Below are positions 7,017 to 15,465 of a stretch of 20,000 bases of DNA, in pieces; position 1 is the first letter of the stretch; every line of letters starts with the position of its first letter. The stretch covers positions 53,888-73,887 of the forward strand of contig JAWLHK010000025.1 of the NCBI GenBank assembly GCA_041690355.1. The letters run 5' to 3'. Made by a program: the position numbers and the translations under genes. The notes under the pieces were generated by a model. The model saw nothing but the letters and a program-made list of their open reading frames with translations, ran no database searches and was not told the DNA's origin. The DNA is from a bacterium (lineage in GTDB: Bacteria; J088; JAWLBW01).

Positions 7017-9461
7017 TCACCCCACCAGCATCCCTTTGTCGCGCCAGGTCTCTTCGAGCCAGAGGCGTAGGGCCGCGTGGTCGTCACGCTGGAGTTCCGG
7101 GTCGCCTTCGAGGATGCGCAGGGCCGCATCACGGGCCGCGCCGAGCATGCGGGCATCGCGGACGGGATTGGCGACGTTGAGGGAGGGGAGGCCGCTTTGC
7201 CGCGTGCCGAGAAGATCCCCGGAACCGCGGATCTCCAGGTCGGCTTCGGCGATACGGAAACCGTCATTGGTTTCCGTCATGATCCCCAGGCGCGCCGCCG
7301 CGTCGCCGCGAGGCAGGTGGTCGACCCGCAGAAAGCAGTAGCTGTGGTCGCTGCCGCGGCCGACGCGCCCGCGCAGCTGGTGCAGCTGCGAGAGCCCGAA
7401 GCGGTCGGCGTGCTCGATGACCATGAGCGTCGCGTTGGGCACGTCGACGCCGACCTCGATGACGGTAGTGGAAACGAGGACGCCCGTCTCGCCGCGCAGG
7501 AAGCGGCCCATGGCGGCATCCTTCTCCGCCGCGCTCATGCGGCCGTGCAGGAGGTCGACGCGCGTCTCCGGCAGGGCGCGGGCCAGCAGTTCTGCCGCGC
7601 GCGTGGCGTCCTTGAGGTCGACCTTCTCGCTTTCTTCAATGAGCGGAAACACCCAGTAGGCCTGCCGCCCGGCCGCCAGCTCGGTTTTCAGGCGCCCCAT
7701 GAGACCGCGCCGGTCGGTCTCGTCGGCGATGAGCACCGTTTCGACCGGCTTCCTTCCGGGCGGCATTTCGTCGAGCACCGAGACGTCCAGATCGCCATAG
7801 AGCGTCATGGCGAGCGTACGGGGAATCGGGGTGGCCGTCATGATCAGCACATGCGGCGGTTCCCCCTCGACGGCGGCCAACTTCGCGCGCTGGTGCACGC
7901 CGAAGCGGTGCTGCTCGTCGATAATCGCCAGCGCCAGCCGCGTGAAGCCGACTTCGGGCTCGATGAGCGCATGGGTCCCCACGACCACCATCGGTTCGCC
8001 TGCGGCCAGCCGGTCGCGGATCTCGCGCCGTTCCGCCGCTTTCGTGCTCCCCGTGAGCAGGCGGCTCTCGATACCGAGGGGATCCAGATAGCGCTTCGTG
8101 TTCCGCAGATGCTGTTCCGCAAGCAGCTCGGTGGGGGCCATGAGCGCCGCCTGGAATCCGGCGCGCACGGTCGCCGCCGCGGCGCCGAGAGCCACCAGGG
8201 TCTTGCCGCTGCCGACGTCACCCTGCACGAGGCGGTGCATCGGGGCGCCGCGGGCGAGATCCACGCCGATCTCCGCCAGGCTGCGCACCTGCGCGCCCGT
8301 GAGGGGAAAGGGGAGGGTCGCGCGAAACTGGTCCACCACGGCATCCGTCTGCGGAACCACCGCCGCGCGCTTCTTCGCGTATCCCGCTTTGCGGATCAGC
8401 ATGCCGAGGGCGATGAGCAGAAACTCGTCGAACACAAGCCGCTGCCGCGGCGGGTAGGCCGGATCGGCCGGGTCGGCTTCCTTGTGGCGCGGCAGGTGCA
8501 TCTCGCGCAGCGCCCGATCGCGCGAATGCAGGCGCCAGTCTCTCCGGATCTCCGGCGGGAGCGGATCTTCGAGCTTCGCCTCCGTTCGCGCGAGCACCTC
8601 GCCCACCCACGCGCGCAGATTGCGGCTCGTGATCCCCTCGGTCTCGGAATAGACGGGGAGCATGCCGCGCGCGAGCTTGCCTGGCTGGCCAACATCGGGA
8701 TGGATGAAGGAGGGGCGCCCCTCGAAGAACTCCAGCGTGCCCGCGGCCTCGATGGGCTGGCCGATGGCGAAGCTGCGCTGCAGGAAGTCCTTCTGCGGCT
8801 TGCTCGCGCGGAACCAGATGAGGGCCAGCCCGGGTCCGCTGTCGAGCGCCATGTCGATGCGGAAGGCCTGGGGAAACCGGCGCAGCCGCATATCGCCGCG
8901 GGCGACCACCCGCCCCTGGACGAGCGCCATCGCCCCCCCGGGCACTCCGCTGAGCGTGCGCCGCTCTTCGCGGTTTTCGTAGCGGTGGGGGAGCCAGTAC
9001 AGCAGGTCCTTGAAGTTGCGCAGCCCTTTGCCGATGAGCACGTCGGCGCGCTTGCGGCCGATGCCGGCCAGCTCGGTGAGCGGCGTGCGCAGAAGGTCTT
9101 CGGAGGCCCGCCAGCGCGTGACATCGGGCGGGCGATCGGGTTCCGGCTCGTCGGCTGGCCCCGCGGACTCCGCTTCGGCCGCCAGGCCGGGCGGCGCCGA
9201 AGCGGAAGCGGGCAGAAAATCCTCGGCCGCGCCGCCGAGGATCGCGAGCGCGCGCAGGTGCCGTGCGCGGCGCTCCTCTTCGGACAGGGTGCCCCAGCCC
9301 GTCAGGTTCTCGCGCAGCTTGCGCGCGACGAGGCCGTCTCCGTACGCTCCGAGCAGGCGCAACACCTGGCCGGCATAGGCCGTGGCGGCCGGTTCGAGGC
9401 CGGCAAGCCCCGCGCGCAGCTGCGCCCGGGCGGCGGGGGTATCGGGGTCGGGGCTGCTCAT
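7017..9461 (-). CDS. recG: ATP-dependent DNA helicase RecG
   Basis: 814 aa with wedge/OB region (LLYWLPHRYENR, IHPD, LPVYSETEGI), QGDVGSGKT, IIDEQHRFGVHQR, MTATPIPRTL, VIEVGVDVPNAT, QLHQLRGRVGRG and DLEIRGSGDLLGTRQSG. Confidence 0.97.
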   Translation of the reverse strand: MSSPDPDTPAARAQLRAGLAGLEPAATAYAGQVLRLLGAYGDGLVARKLRENLTGWGTLSEEERRARHLRALAILGGAAEDFLPASASAPPGLAAEAESAGPADEPEPDRPPDVTRWRASEDLLRTPLTELAGIGRKRADVLIGKGLRNFKDLLYWLPHRYENREERRTLSGVPGGAMALVQGRVVARGDMRLRRFPQAFRIDMALDSGPGLALIWFRASKPQKDFLQRSFAIGQPIEAAGTLEFFEGRPSFIHPDVGQPGKLARGMLPVYSETEGITSRNLRAWVGEVLARTEAKLEDPLPPEIRRDWRLHSRDRALREMHLPRHKEADPADPAYPPRQRLVFDEFLLIALGMLIRKAGYAKKRAAVVPQTDAVVDQFRATLPFPLTGAQVRSLAEIGVDLARGAPMHRLVQGDVGSGKTLVALGAAAATVRAGFQAALMAPTELLAEQHLRNTKRYLDPLGIESRLLTGSTKAAERREIRDRLAAGEPMVVVGTHALIEPEVGFTRLALAIIDEQHRFGVHQRAKLAAVEGEPPHVLIMTATPIPRTLAMTLYGDLDVSVLDEMPPGRKPVETVLIADETDRRGLMGRLKTELAAGRQAYWVFPLIEESEKVDLKDATRAAELLARALPETRVDLLHGRMSAAEKDAAMGRFLRGETGVLVSTTVIEVGVDVPNATLMVIEHADRFGLSQLHQLRGRVGRGSDHSYCFLRVDHLPRGDAAARLGIMTETNDGFRIAEADLEIRGSGDLLGTRQSGLPSLNVANPVRDARMLGAARDAALRILEGDPELQRDDHAALRLWLEETWRDKGMLVG

Positions 9462-9485
9462 GGCGGGAAAGGTGCTCCCGCCGTA

Positions 9486-10448
9486 TCAGAAGACGCTGAT
9501 CTTGATGTAGCGCCCCGGGTTTTCTTTCATGTCGGCGATCAGGGCGCGCAGCTCGGCCAGGGTATCCTGCAGCGACGTGTGCAGCTCCTCGGAGGACAAC
9601 GTCTTGCCGGCCGTCCCTTCGCCGGCCTCGACCTTGGCCATCACGTTGTCGAGGCGCGCCAGCGCCGAGTGGGCTTTGCCCATCGTGTCGCGCGCTTCGT
9701 CGTACAGCTGCGGATCCTGCACCAGCTTCGCCAGGGTTCCCTCACCGCGGCGGATCTCGGTGACCAGGCCCTTGACCTCGTCGTAGAGTCCCGGATCGTT
9801 CAGCAGGCGGGCCAGCGAGCCGTCGCCGTGCTGCATCTGTTCGGTGAACTGCGAGAGGTTGGCCGTGATGCGCTCGAGATTGTCGTAGAGGGTCTGATCC
9901 TTGACGAACCGGCCGAACGAACCTTTGCCTTCGTTGATGTCCTGGCTCACGACGCGGAAGTTCTCGACGATGCGCGCGATGTTGCGCACGGTTACCGTTG
10001 CTTCATCGACGAGCAGCGACCAGTCGGTGGGCGGGATGGCTTCGATGCGGCCCCTGTGCTCGAGCACAGGCGCGCCCGTGGAGCCAAGCGTGATGGCGAT
10101 GATCTTGTCGCCGAGCAGACCCTTGCCGCCGATGGTCGCGACGCTGTCTTTGCGGATCAGTTCCTGAAAGCTCGAGTCGATGTTCAGATCGACGTCGACG
10201 GCCGGCTTGCCGTCGACGGGAACGAAGCGGATGCTGCTCACGTTGCCGACCTGCACGCCGGCCAGCCAGACGGGAGCCGCGGGTTTGAGCCCCTGGACCT
10301 CGGGAAAGCGTGCCGTCAGCTGGTAGGAATCCGAAAAAATCCCCCCCTTGTTGCCGACTGCGACGATGGCCAGGCCGAGGATGATGAGGCCCGCGAGGAC
10401 CAGCAGTCCCGCTTTCAGTCGCGCCCATGAATCTACTTGGTTCGCCAT
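9486..10448 (-). CDS. mlaD: MCE-domain (MlaD family) protein
   Basis: N-terminal TM helix, MCE motif (GLKPAAPVWLAGVQVGNV...GLLGDKII), and C-terminal G[ST]L.[KR]L..D..LYD helical repeats. Confidence 0.9.
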   Translation of the reverse strand: MANQVDSWARLKAGLLVLAGLIILGLAIVAVGNKGGIFSDSYQLTARFPEVQGLKPAAPVWLAGVQVGNVSSIRFVPVDGKPAVDVDLNIDSSFQELIRKDSVATIGGKGLLGDKIIAITLGSTGAPVLEHRGRIEAIPPTDWSLLVDEATVTVRNIARIVENFRVVSQDINEGKGSFGRFVKDQTLYDNLERITANLSQFTEQMQHGDGSLARLLNDPGLYDEVKGLVTEIRRGEGTLAKLVQDPQLYDEARDTMGKAHSALARLDNVMAKVEAGEGTAGKTLSSEELHTSLQDTLAELRALIADMKENPGRYIKISVF

Positions 10449-10459
10449 GATCTTATCCG

Positions 10460-11173
10460 TCAGTAGTCCCGGAACTCAGCGAGGTACGGGTCGTGCGAGT
10501 TGCGGAAGGAGGCGACGTCGCCGTGGAACACGAATTCTCCGTCCTTCAGCAGGTAGACCGTGTCGGCCACCCGATAGGCATAGGGAAGTTCGTGGGTCAC
10601 GACGATGCTCGTGATGCCGCGTTCCTTCAACGCGTTGATGTGATCGGTAATCTTCTTCGCGACGATCGGGTCGAGCCCGGTCGTCGGTTCGTCAAAGAGC
10701 ATGATGCGCGGCTCGCCGACGAGGGCGCGGGCGATGGCCACGCGGCGTTTCATCCCGCCCGACAGTTCGCCCGGCATGCGGTCTGCGGTACCGCTCAGAC
10801 CGACGAATTCGAGCTTTGCGGCGACCTGGCTGTCGATCTCGGCTTCAGAAAGCCCCGCTTCAACCAGCCGGTAGCCGACATTGTCGCGAACGCTGAGGGA
10901 GTCGAAGAGCGCGCCTTCCTGAAAGACCATGCCCATGAGGCGGCGCAGCTCGACGCGCTCGTTGCGCCGGGCGCGGGTCATGCTCACGTCGTTGATGAAC
11001 GCTTCGCCCCGGTTGGGTTCCAGCAGGCCGAGCAGAATCTTGAGCAGTGTGCTTTTACCCGAACCGCTCGCGCCGAGGATGACGGCGGTCTCGCCTTCCT
11101 TGACGTTCAAGGTGATGCCGTTGAGAACTCGCGTCGCGCCGAAGGCGAGATGGATGTCTTGAAAACGCACCAT
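10460..11173 (-). CDS. mlaF: MlaF-family ABC transporter ATP-binding protein
   Basis: GASGSGKS Walker A, VFQEGALFDSL, LSGGMKRRVAIARA, FDEPTTGLDP and VVTHE. Lies between mlaE and mlaD. Confidence 0.92.
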   Translation of the reverse strand: MVRFQDIHLAFGATRVLNGITLNVKEGETAVILGASGSGKSTLLKILLGLLEPNRGEAFINDVSMTRARRNERVELRRLMGMVFQEGALFDSLSVRDNVGYRLVEAGLSEAEIDSQVAAKLEFVGLSGTADRMPGELSGGMKRRVAIARALVGEPRIMLFDEPTTGLDPIVAKKITDHINALKERGITSIVVTHELPYAYRVADTVYLLKDGEFVFHGDVASFRNSHDPYLAEFRDY

Positions 11174-11177
11174 CCCG

Positions 11178-11972
11178 CTATTCCATCAGCGCCGTGTAGA
11201 AAAGCCGGGTCAGAAAGAAGTCGGCGACGAGAATGCAGAGCGAGGCGATGACCACGGCCCGGGTCGTCGAGCGCCCCACGCCGTAGGTGCCCCCCTGCGT
11301 CATCATTCCTTCGTAGGAACCGATGGTGGCGATGATCCACCCGAAGGCCGCCGATTTCGTCAGGCTCGAAAAGATGTCGATGAAGCGCATCGACTCGACG
11401 ATCGAGGCCCAGTAGTACGGGGTCGAAAAATTGAGGGTGAACCGGGCGAGTATCCAGCCGCCGACCGCCCCGAGAAAGCAGAGAATCGTGACGAGCAGCG
11501 GCATGAGCAGCGTGAAGACGACCACGCGCGGGGCCACGAGCTTCTTGACCGGATCGCTTCCGAGCGCCAGCAGGGCGTCAATCTGGCTCGTCACGCGCAT
11601 GGCCCCGATCTGGCTCGTCACGCCGGCCCCGACGCGTCCGGAGAGGATGAGGGCGCCCATGATCGGGCCCAGTTCGCGTACGAGTGTGGCGATGATCGCG
11701 TTGCCGAGCATGCTCGTGGCGCCGAACTGCTCGAGGGAAATGTTCGACTGCAGCGCGAGCACCATGCCGGTCACGAGGCCCGTCATCATGACGATGGGGA
11801 GGCTCGCGACGGCCATGTCGTTCGTCTGCAGGATGTACTCCCTGCCGTACCACGGGCGGCGGAACAGACCGGTGACAACCTGCCAGGTCAGAATCGCGAC
11901 GCCCTGAATGTACTGGACGAAGCCGCGCGCCGAACGATCGGCGACGGAAAAGGGATTGACGCTCGTTTGCAT
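11178..11972 (-). CDS. mlaE: MlaE-family ABC permease
   Basis: LVRELGPIM, GRVGAG, GAMRVTSQIDAL..LG.DP and GVGRSTTRAVV motifs. TAATG overlap with pfkA. Confidence 0.93.
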   Translation of the reverse strand: MQTSVNPFSVADRSARGFVQYIQGVAILTWQVVTGLFRRPWYGREYILQTNDMAVASLPIVMMTGLVTGMVLALQSNISLEQFGATSMLGNAIIATLVRELGPIMGALILSGRVGAGVTSQIGAMRVTSQIDALLALGSDPVKKLVAPRVVVFTLLMPLLVTILCFLGAVGGWILARFTLNFSTPYYWASIVESMRFIDIFSSLTKSAAFGWIIATIGSYEGMMTQGGTYGVGRSTTRAVVIASLCILVADFFLTRLFYTALME

Positions 11973-12943
11973 TAACTAGACAGGATATCCACTAGCTCGA
12001 AAAGTTTCATGTCAATCTGCTTGCGGCCGCCGACGACCTGCGCAAACGGGACGCGCACGATGCGCCCGCCCTGCTCGCCGATCATGACGTTCGTCTCGCC
12101 GTCCAGAGCGGCTTCGACGGCTCCGGCCCCGAGCTTGGACGCCAGGACGCGGTCGCGGGCGCTGGGGGAACCGCCCCGCTGCGTGTGGCCGAGGATGGTC
12201 ACCCGGTAGTCGAGGCCGCTGCGCTCGCGGATCTGGTTGGCGATGTCGACGGCGATCCCTTCCTTCTCGGCCTCGCCCACGATGAGAATGCTGCTCGTCT
12301 TGCCGCGCAGCTGCCCCTGCTGAAGGCGGGTGCAGATGTCGTCCATGGAAAGGGGATTCTCGTGGACGAGGACCTGTTCGGCGCCGGCGGCGATGCCGAC
12401 GTCGAGGGCCAGGTGGCCGGTGCGCCGCCCCATGACCTCGATGAGAAAGAGCCGCTCGTGGCTGGCGGCCGTGTCGCGGATGCGGTCGATGGCTTCGAGG
12501 GCCGTGTTGAGGGCGGTGTCAAAGCCGACGGAGTAGTCGGTGCCGGCGATGTCGTTGTCGATCGTACCCGGTATGCCGATGACGCAGATCCCGTGTTCGG
12601 CGTTGAGCTTGGCCGCCCCCCGGAAGCTGCCGTCGCCGCCGATGACGACGAGGTGGCTGATGTCGCGCGCGCGCAGCACCTCGGCCGCCCGGGCGCGGCC
12701 CGGCTCCTCGTAGAACGCCTTGCTGCGGGCGGTCTTGAGAATCGTGCCGCCGCGCTGGATGATGTTGGCGACGCTGCGCAGGTCGAGCGGGACGAGTTCG
12801 TTGTCGAGCAGTCCCTGGAATCCGCGCATGACGCCGTAGACGCCGAATCCGTGGTGGATGCCGACGCGCACGACCGCGCGAATGGCCGCGTTCATCCCCG
12901 GTGCGTCGCCGCCGCTCGTCAACACCGCCAGGTTCTTGGGCAT
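11972..12943 (-). CDS. pfkA: ATP-dependent 6-phosphofructokinase
   Basis: LTSGGDAPGMNAAIRAVVR, GGTILKTAR, VIGGDGSFRGA, PGTIDNDI, EVMGR and LGHTQRGGSP motifs. Confidence 0.97.
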   Translation of the reverse strand: MPKNLAVLTSGGDAPGMNAAIRAVVRVGIHHGFGVYGVMRGFQGLLDNELVPLDLRSVANIIQRGGTILKTARSKAFYEEPGRARAAEVLRARDISHLVVIGGDGSFRGAAKLNAEHGICVIGIPGTIDNDIAGTDYSVGFDTALNTALEAIDRIRDTAASHERLFLIEVMGRRTGHLALDVGIAAGAEQVLVHENPLSMDDICTRLQQGQLRGKTSSILIVGEAEKEGIAVDIANQIRERSGLDYRVTILGHTQRGGSPSARDRVLASKLGAGAVEAALDGETNVMIGEQGGRIVRVPFAQVVGGRKQIDMKLFELVDILSS

Positions 12944-12985
12944 GCGCTCCTTCTCCGCCGGCCAGGAGGGCCGGACAATCTTCTG

Positions 12986-12994
12986 ATTCTAGCA
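12986..12994 (-). promoter_or_regulatory. Extended -10 promoter element of pfkA operon
   Basis: Minus strand TGCTAGAAT about 43 nt upstream of the pfkA ATG, which has an AAGGAG RBS. Confidence 0.5.
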
Positions 12995-13008
12995 GATGCG
13001 GGGGGGTA

Positions 13009-13150
13009 AGTTACGAGTTACGAGTTACGAGTGACGAGTGGAAACAAAGCGTCGGTAACGGATGGCTTGAGGAAGGCCGGCAAATCGTCAATCGTCAATC
13101 GTAAATTGTCATTGGTCCGGATTCCGCACGCGTCACTTGTAACGCGTCAT
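13009..13150. repeat. Composite heptamer repeats: (AGTTACG/AGTGACG)n, (AATCGTC)n and an inverted (CACKCGT-like)n tract
   Basis: Tracts at 13009-13040, 13083-13117 and 13127-13150. The first and third are near reverse complements. Confidence 0.85.
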
Positions 13151-14400
13151 TCCGAAGTGATGACCACGCCGGGGGTGCCGACGATTTCGCCGGGGGTGCC
13201 GACGACCTCGCCGGGACGGCCGACGATCTCGCCCGGCGTGCCCACGATGCGCCCGGGCGTGCCGGCGATGTCTTCTTCGGGCACGCCGACTTCGGTCTGG
13301 CCCGTGTCGGGGAGCCCGTCGGTGCCGCCGGCGCCCGTATCGTCGCCGGTTCCGCCGGTACCTGTGCCGCCGTCGAGATCGGTGCCGGTGTCGTCGGTCG
13401 CACCGGTGCTCAGGTTGAGGCGCACGTGGCGCGTGGCATCGCTGCAGAGTGTGAGCGTGCGGAACACGAGTGTGTTGATGACGGCCAGGTAAACGTAGCA
13501 GCCCTCGGCCTGCGGTGAAATGGGCAGCAGGTATTCGACCTGCGACTCGAGCTGGTCGTACAGGATGCCGCCGCCGGGGGTCTCCAGGCGCACGACGTCG
13601 TTCGTGTCGAGAATGAACATCAGGCTGCCGAACTCGACCGGCACGATCGTACTGCCGGCGTTGATGCGCATGGGCGGGAGGGCGAAGTCGCTCAGGGGGA
13701 CCGACGGGTCGCGCCCGAGCGGACGCAGCTCCCAGACGGTGTTGCCCGGGGGGAGCAGGATGACGCGGTTCAGGTCGGCCCGGGTCGTCTTGAGGACGAA
13801 GCCGCCCGAGCTGATCTGGTAGCGCAGCGATTCGACCGCCACCCGCTCGGAAAAGGCCGAGGAGCGCGGATGCACCCAGATGCCGCCGAGGGTGAGAAAA
13901 TTGCCGCGGCCTTCGCGGACGTTGACGAGGCGTGTAAAACCGGTGGCGTCACCCTCGTCGTCGAGAAACGTCAGGCGGTAGGTGCCCGGTTCGACACGGG
14001 TCCCCGGCCAGGTGCCGCCGGTGACGGCCACGCTGCTCAGAATGACCGTGTTCAGGCTGTTCTGGAGCCGGGCGCGCAGGGGCACGGGGCGGGCGCCCGG
14101 GGGCAGAACGGCGACCAGATCGAAAAAGGTGCCGCCCGTCGGAGGCGTGAACGCGCCATCCGTGACGCCGTCCGGAGCCCCGTCTTCACCCGGCACGACG
14201 TCGAAATCGATGCCGTCTTCGGCCGGCGAGCCGACCGGCCCGTCGGTCTCGAGGCCGGGCAGGTCGGCGGCCGCCCCGGAGTGCGGGGGAGCGATGGTTT
14301 CGTCGCCGCAGGCGCTCAGCAGCGCGAGCAGGGGCAGAAGCAGCAAGGTGGTCGGCGGCGGCAGCATGCCGCGCCGCAATGGTAGAGTCCCCTTTTTCAT
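13147..14400 (-). CDS. Hypothetical lipoprotein with low-complexity acidic linker and C-terminal 7-aa repeats
   Basis: Basic N-terminus, hydrophobic stretch and LSAC lipobox; beta-rich middle; G/T/D-rich linker; (GTPGEIV)-like repeat x5. Confidence 0.75.
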   Translation of the reverse strand: MKKGTLPLRRGMLPPPTTLLLLPLLALLSACGDETIAPPHSGAAADLPGLETDGPVGSPAEDGIDFDVVPGEDGAPDGVTDGAFTPPTGGTFFDLVAVLPPGARPVPLRARLQNSLNTVILSSVAVTGGTWPGTRVEPGTYRLTFLDDEGDATGFTRLVNVREGRGNFLTLGGIWVHPRSSAFSERVAVESLRYQISSGGFVLKTTRADLNRVILLPPGNTVWELRPLGRDPSVPLSDFALPPMRINAGSTIVPVEFGSLMFILDTNDVVRLETPGGGILYDQLESQVEYLLPISPQAEGCYVYLAVINTLVFRTLTLCSDATRHVRLNLSTGATDDTGTDLDGGTGTGGTGDDTGAGGTDGLPDTGQTEVGVPEEDIAGTPGRIVGTPGEIVGRPGEVVGTPGEIVGTPGVVITSE

Positions 14401-14508
14401 GCCTCCAGTATAGGAGGCGCCGCCTGCCTTCCGGGGCGCGGGGCGGCCGCGCCCCGCGCCGGGGCTTGCATTCTGCGGGGAGTTGCGCAGATGTGCGCGC
14501 GGTGTTCC

Positions 14509-14548
14509 GAACGAAACGAGCGCGGACTCCCGCAGGAATCCGCGCTCG
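14509..14548 (-). terminator. Probable intrinsic terminator after the 176-aa helical protein gene
   Basis: Minus strand CGAGCGCGGATTCC-TGCG-GGAGTCCGCGCTCG hairpin followed by TTTCGTTC, about 25 nt past the stop at 14572. Confidence 0.6.
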
Positions 14549-14571
14549 CAATGCCGGTAAGCGGAAAGAAA

Positions 14572-15102
14572 TCAGGCGGCCAGGCGCTGATCGATCGCCT
14601 TGAGCACGGTCACGCGCCCCTTGTGCTGCGACTCGTAGTCGCGCAGGGCCTTCAGGCTCTCGGCCGGCATGATGTCGATCTTGCGCACGATTTCGTCGGC
14701 GTTCAGGCGATCGTAGCCGTCGATGGGAAGGGCCTTGGTGCGCGCGGCCAGCTCGTCTTCGAACTGCTTGAGGCGAGTTTCGAGCTTGTCGAGGCTCGAC
14801 GACAGGCGCGTGTAGCTGCCCGTGACGACGTCCTTGAGCGAGCCGACGGCTTCTTCGAGACGCGAGACGACCTTGGCTTCGACGCTCTGCAGTTCGCGCA
14901 GCTGGTCGCTGAGCGTCTGCTGCACGGTGCTCTCAATCTGCTCGCGACGGGTCTTGAGCGTCGAGATGCGGTCGCGCATCTCTTCTTCGTCGAGCCCGAG
15001 CACGTCGAGGCTTTTCTGGTAAGCGGTCGTGAGGACCTGCGTCCCCTTTTCGGTCCATTCGCTGCTGCGCTTGTTCAAGTTTTCGAGAAGCTGGTTGGCC
15101 AT
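14572..15102 (-). CDS. Phasin/lipid-droplet-associated-like helical protein (176 aa)
   Basis: Start at ATG 15102 (MANQLLENL, AGGT upstream) downstream of a clear promoter. Amphipathic/coiled-coil N-terminus. The C-terminal LPIDGYDRLNADEIV...LRDYESQHKGRVTVL resembles a small domain I recall from actinobacterial lipid-droplet-associated proteins. Confidence 0.7.
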   Translation of the reverse strand: MANQLLENLNKRSSEWTEKGTQVLTTAYQKSLDVLGLDEEEMRDRISTLKTRREQIESTVQQTLSDQLRELQSVEAKVVSRLEEAVGSLKDVVTGSYTRLSSSLDKLETRLKQFEDELAARTKALPIDGYDRLNADEIVRKIDIMPAESLKALRDYESQHKGRVTVLKAIDQRLAA

Positions 15103-15171
15103 GGTCAGTACCTGATTCAAAGAGTAGTAAAGAAAGGGGTGGCCGCCGTCACCGCGACAGCCGTGGATCTC

Positions 15172-15200
15172 ATCATAACGCGGCGCGTTATGTGTGTCAA
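15172..15200 (-). promoter_or_regulatory. Sigma70-type promoter with overlapping palindromic operator
   Basis: Minus strand TTGACA-17 nt-TATGAT. Perfect inverted repeat CATAACGCG-G-CGCGTTATG at 15174-15192. Confidence 0.75.
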
Positions 15201-15465
15201 GACTTGTCTTCCCGTTTTCCAGAACGAGGCAATCTGGCAAGCCTGACGCATCTTCATACCTATTGTAGGACGCCGCTGACTCGTGGGGAAGGGGGGATGC
15301 CCCCGGGCAGGCTCTCTTCGTATGCCTCAGCGCGAAAGCCGGGAAGAGATCGACCGCTCTCATGCCCCGTCAAGTCCCCTGAGACCTCTACCGCCGGCCG
15401 GCCGCCCGACAGAGCGGTGGGTTCAGTATCCTGAAGGGGAGTCGTCAGCAAAGGGGGGGGGAATC

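Noticed and set aside
7017-9461. RecG as a dedicated CRISPR accessory next to the array
   Set aside because: RecG aids primed adaptation in E. coli, but here it ends a host-like pfkA-mlaEFD operon on the opposite strand, so adjacency is most simply an insertion site.
9540-9940. Internal repeats in the MlaD C-terminus as a novelty
   Set aside because: G[ST]L.[KR]L..D..LY repeats are common in long MCE/MlaD proteins.
7077-10430. 1117-aa plus-strand ORF
   Set aside because: Antisense shadow of recG and mlaD caused by GC-rich codon bias; no recognisable motifs.
15103-15363. N-terminal extension of the 263-aa ORF 14572..15363
   Set aside because: It spans the gene's own promoter/operator and lacks coding-like composition; ATG 15102 is preferred.
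15360-15450. 6S RNA or glycine/TPP riboswitch
   Set aside because: Only short motif resemblances (GTCCCCTGAG, GGGTTCA, TCTCAGG); overall order and architecture do not fit those families.
15453-15461. G9 homopolymer as phase-variation switch
   Set aside because: Lies just upstream of the likely ATG (15466) at the RBS position, so slippage would not frameshift the gene.
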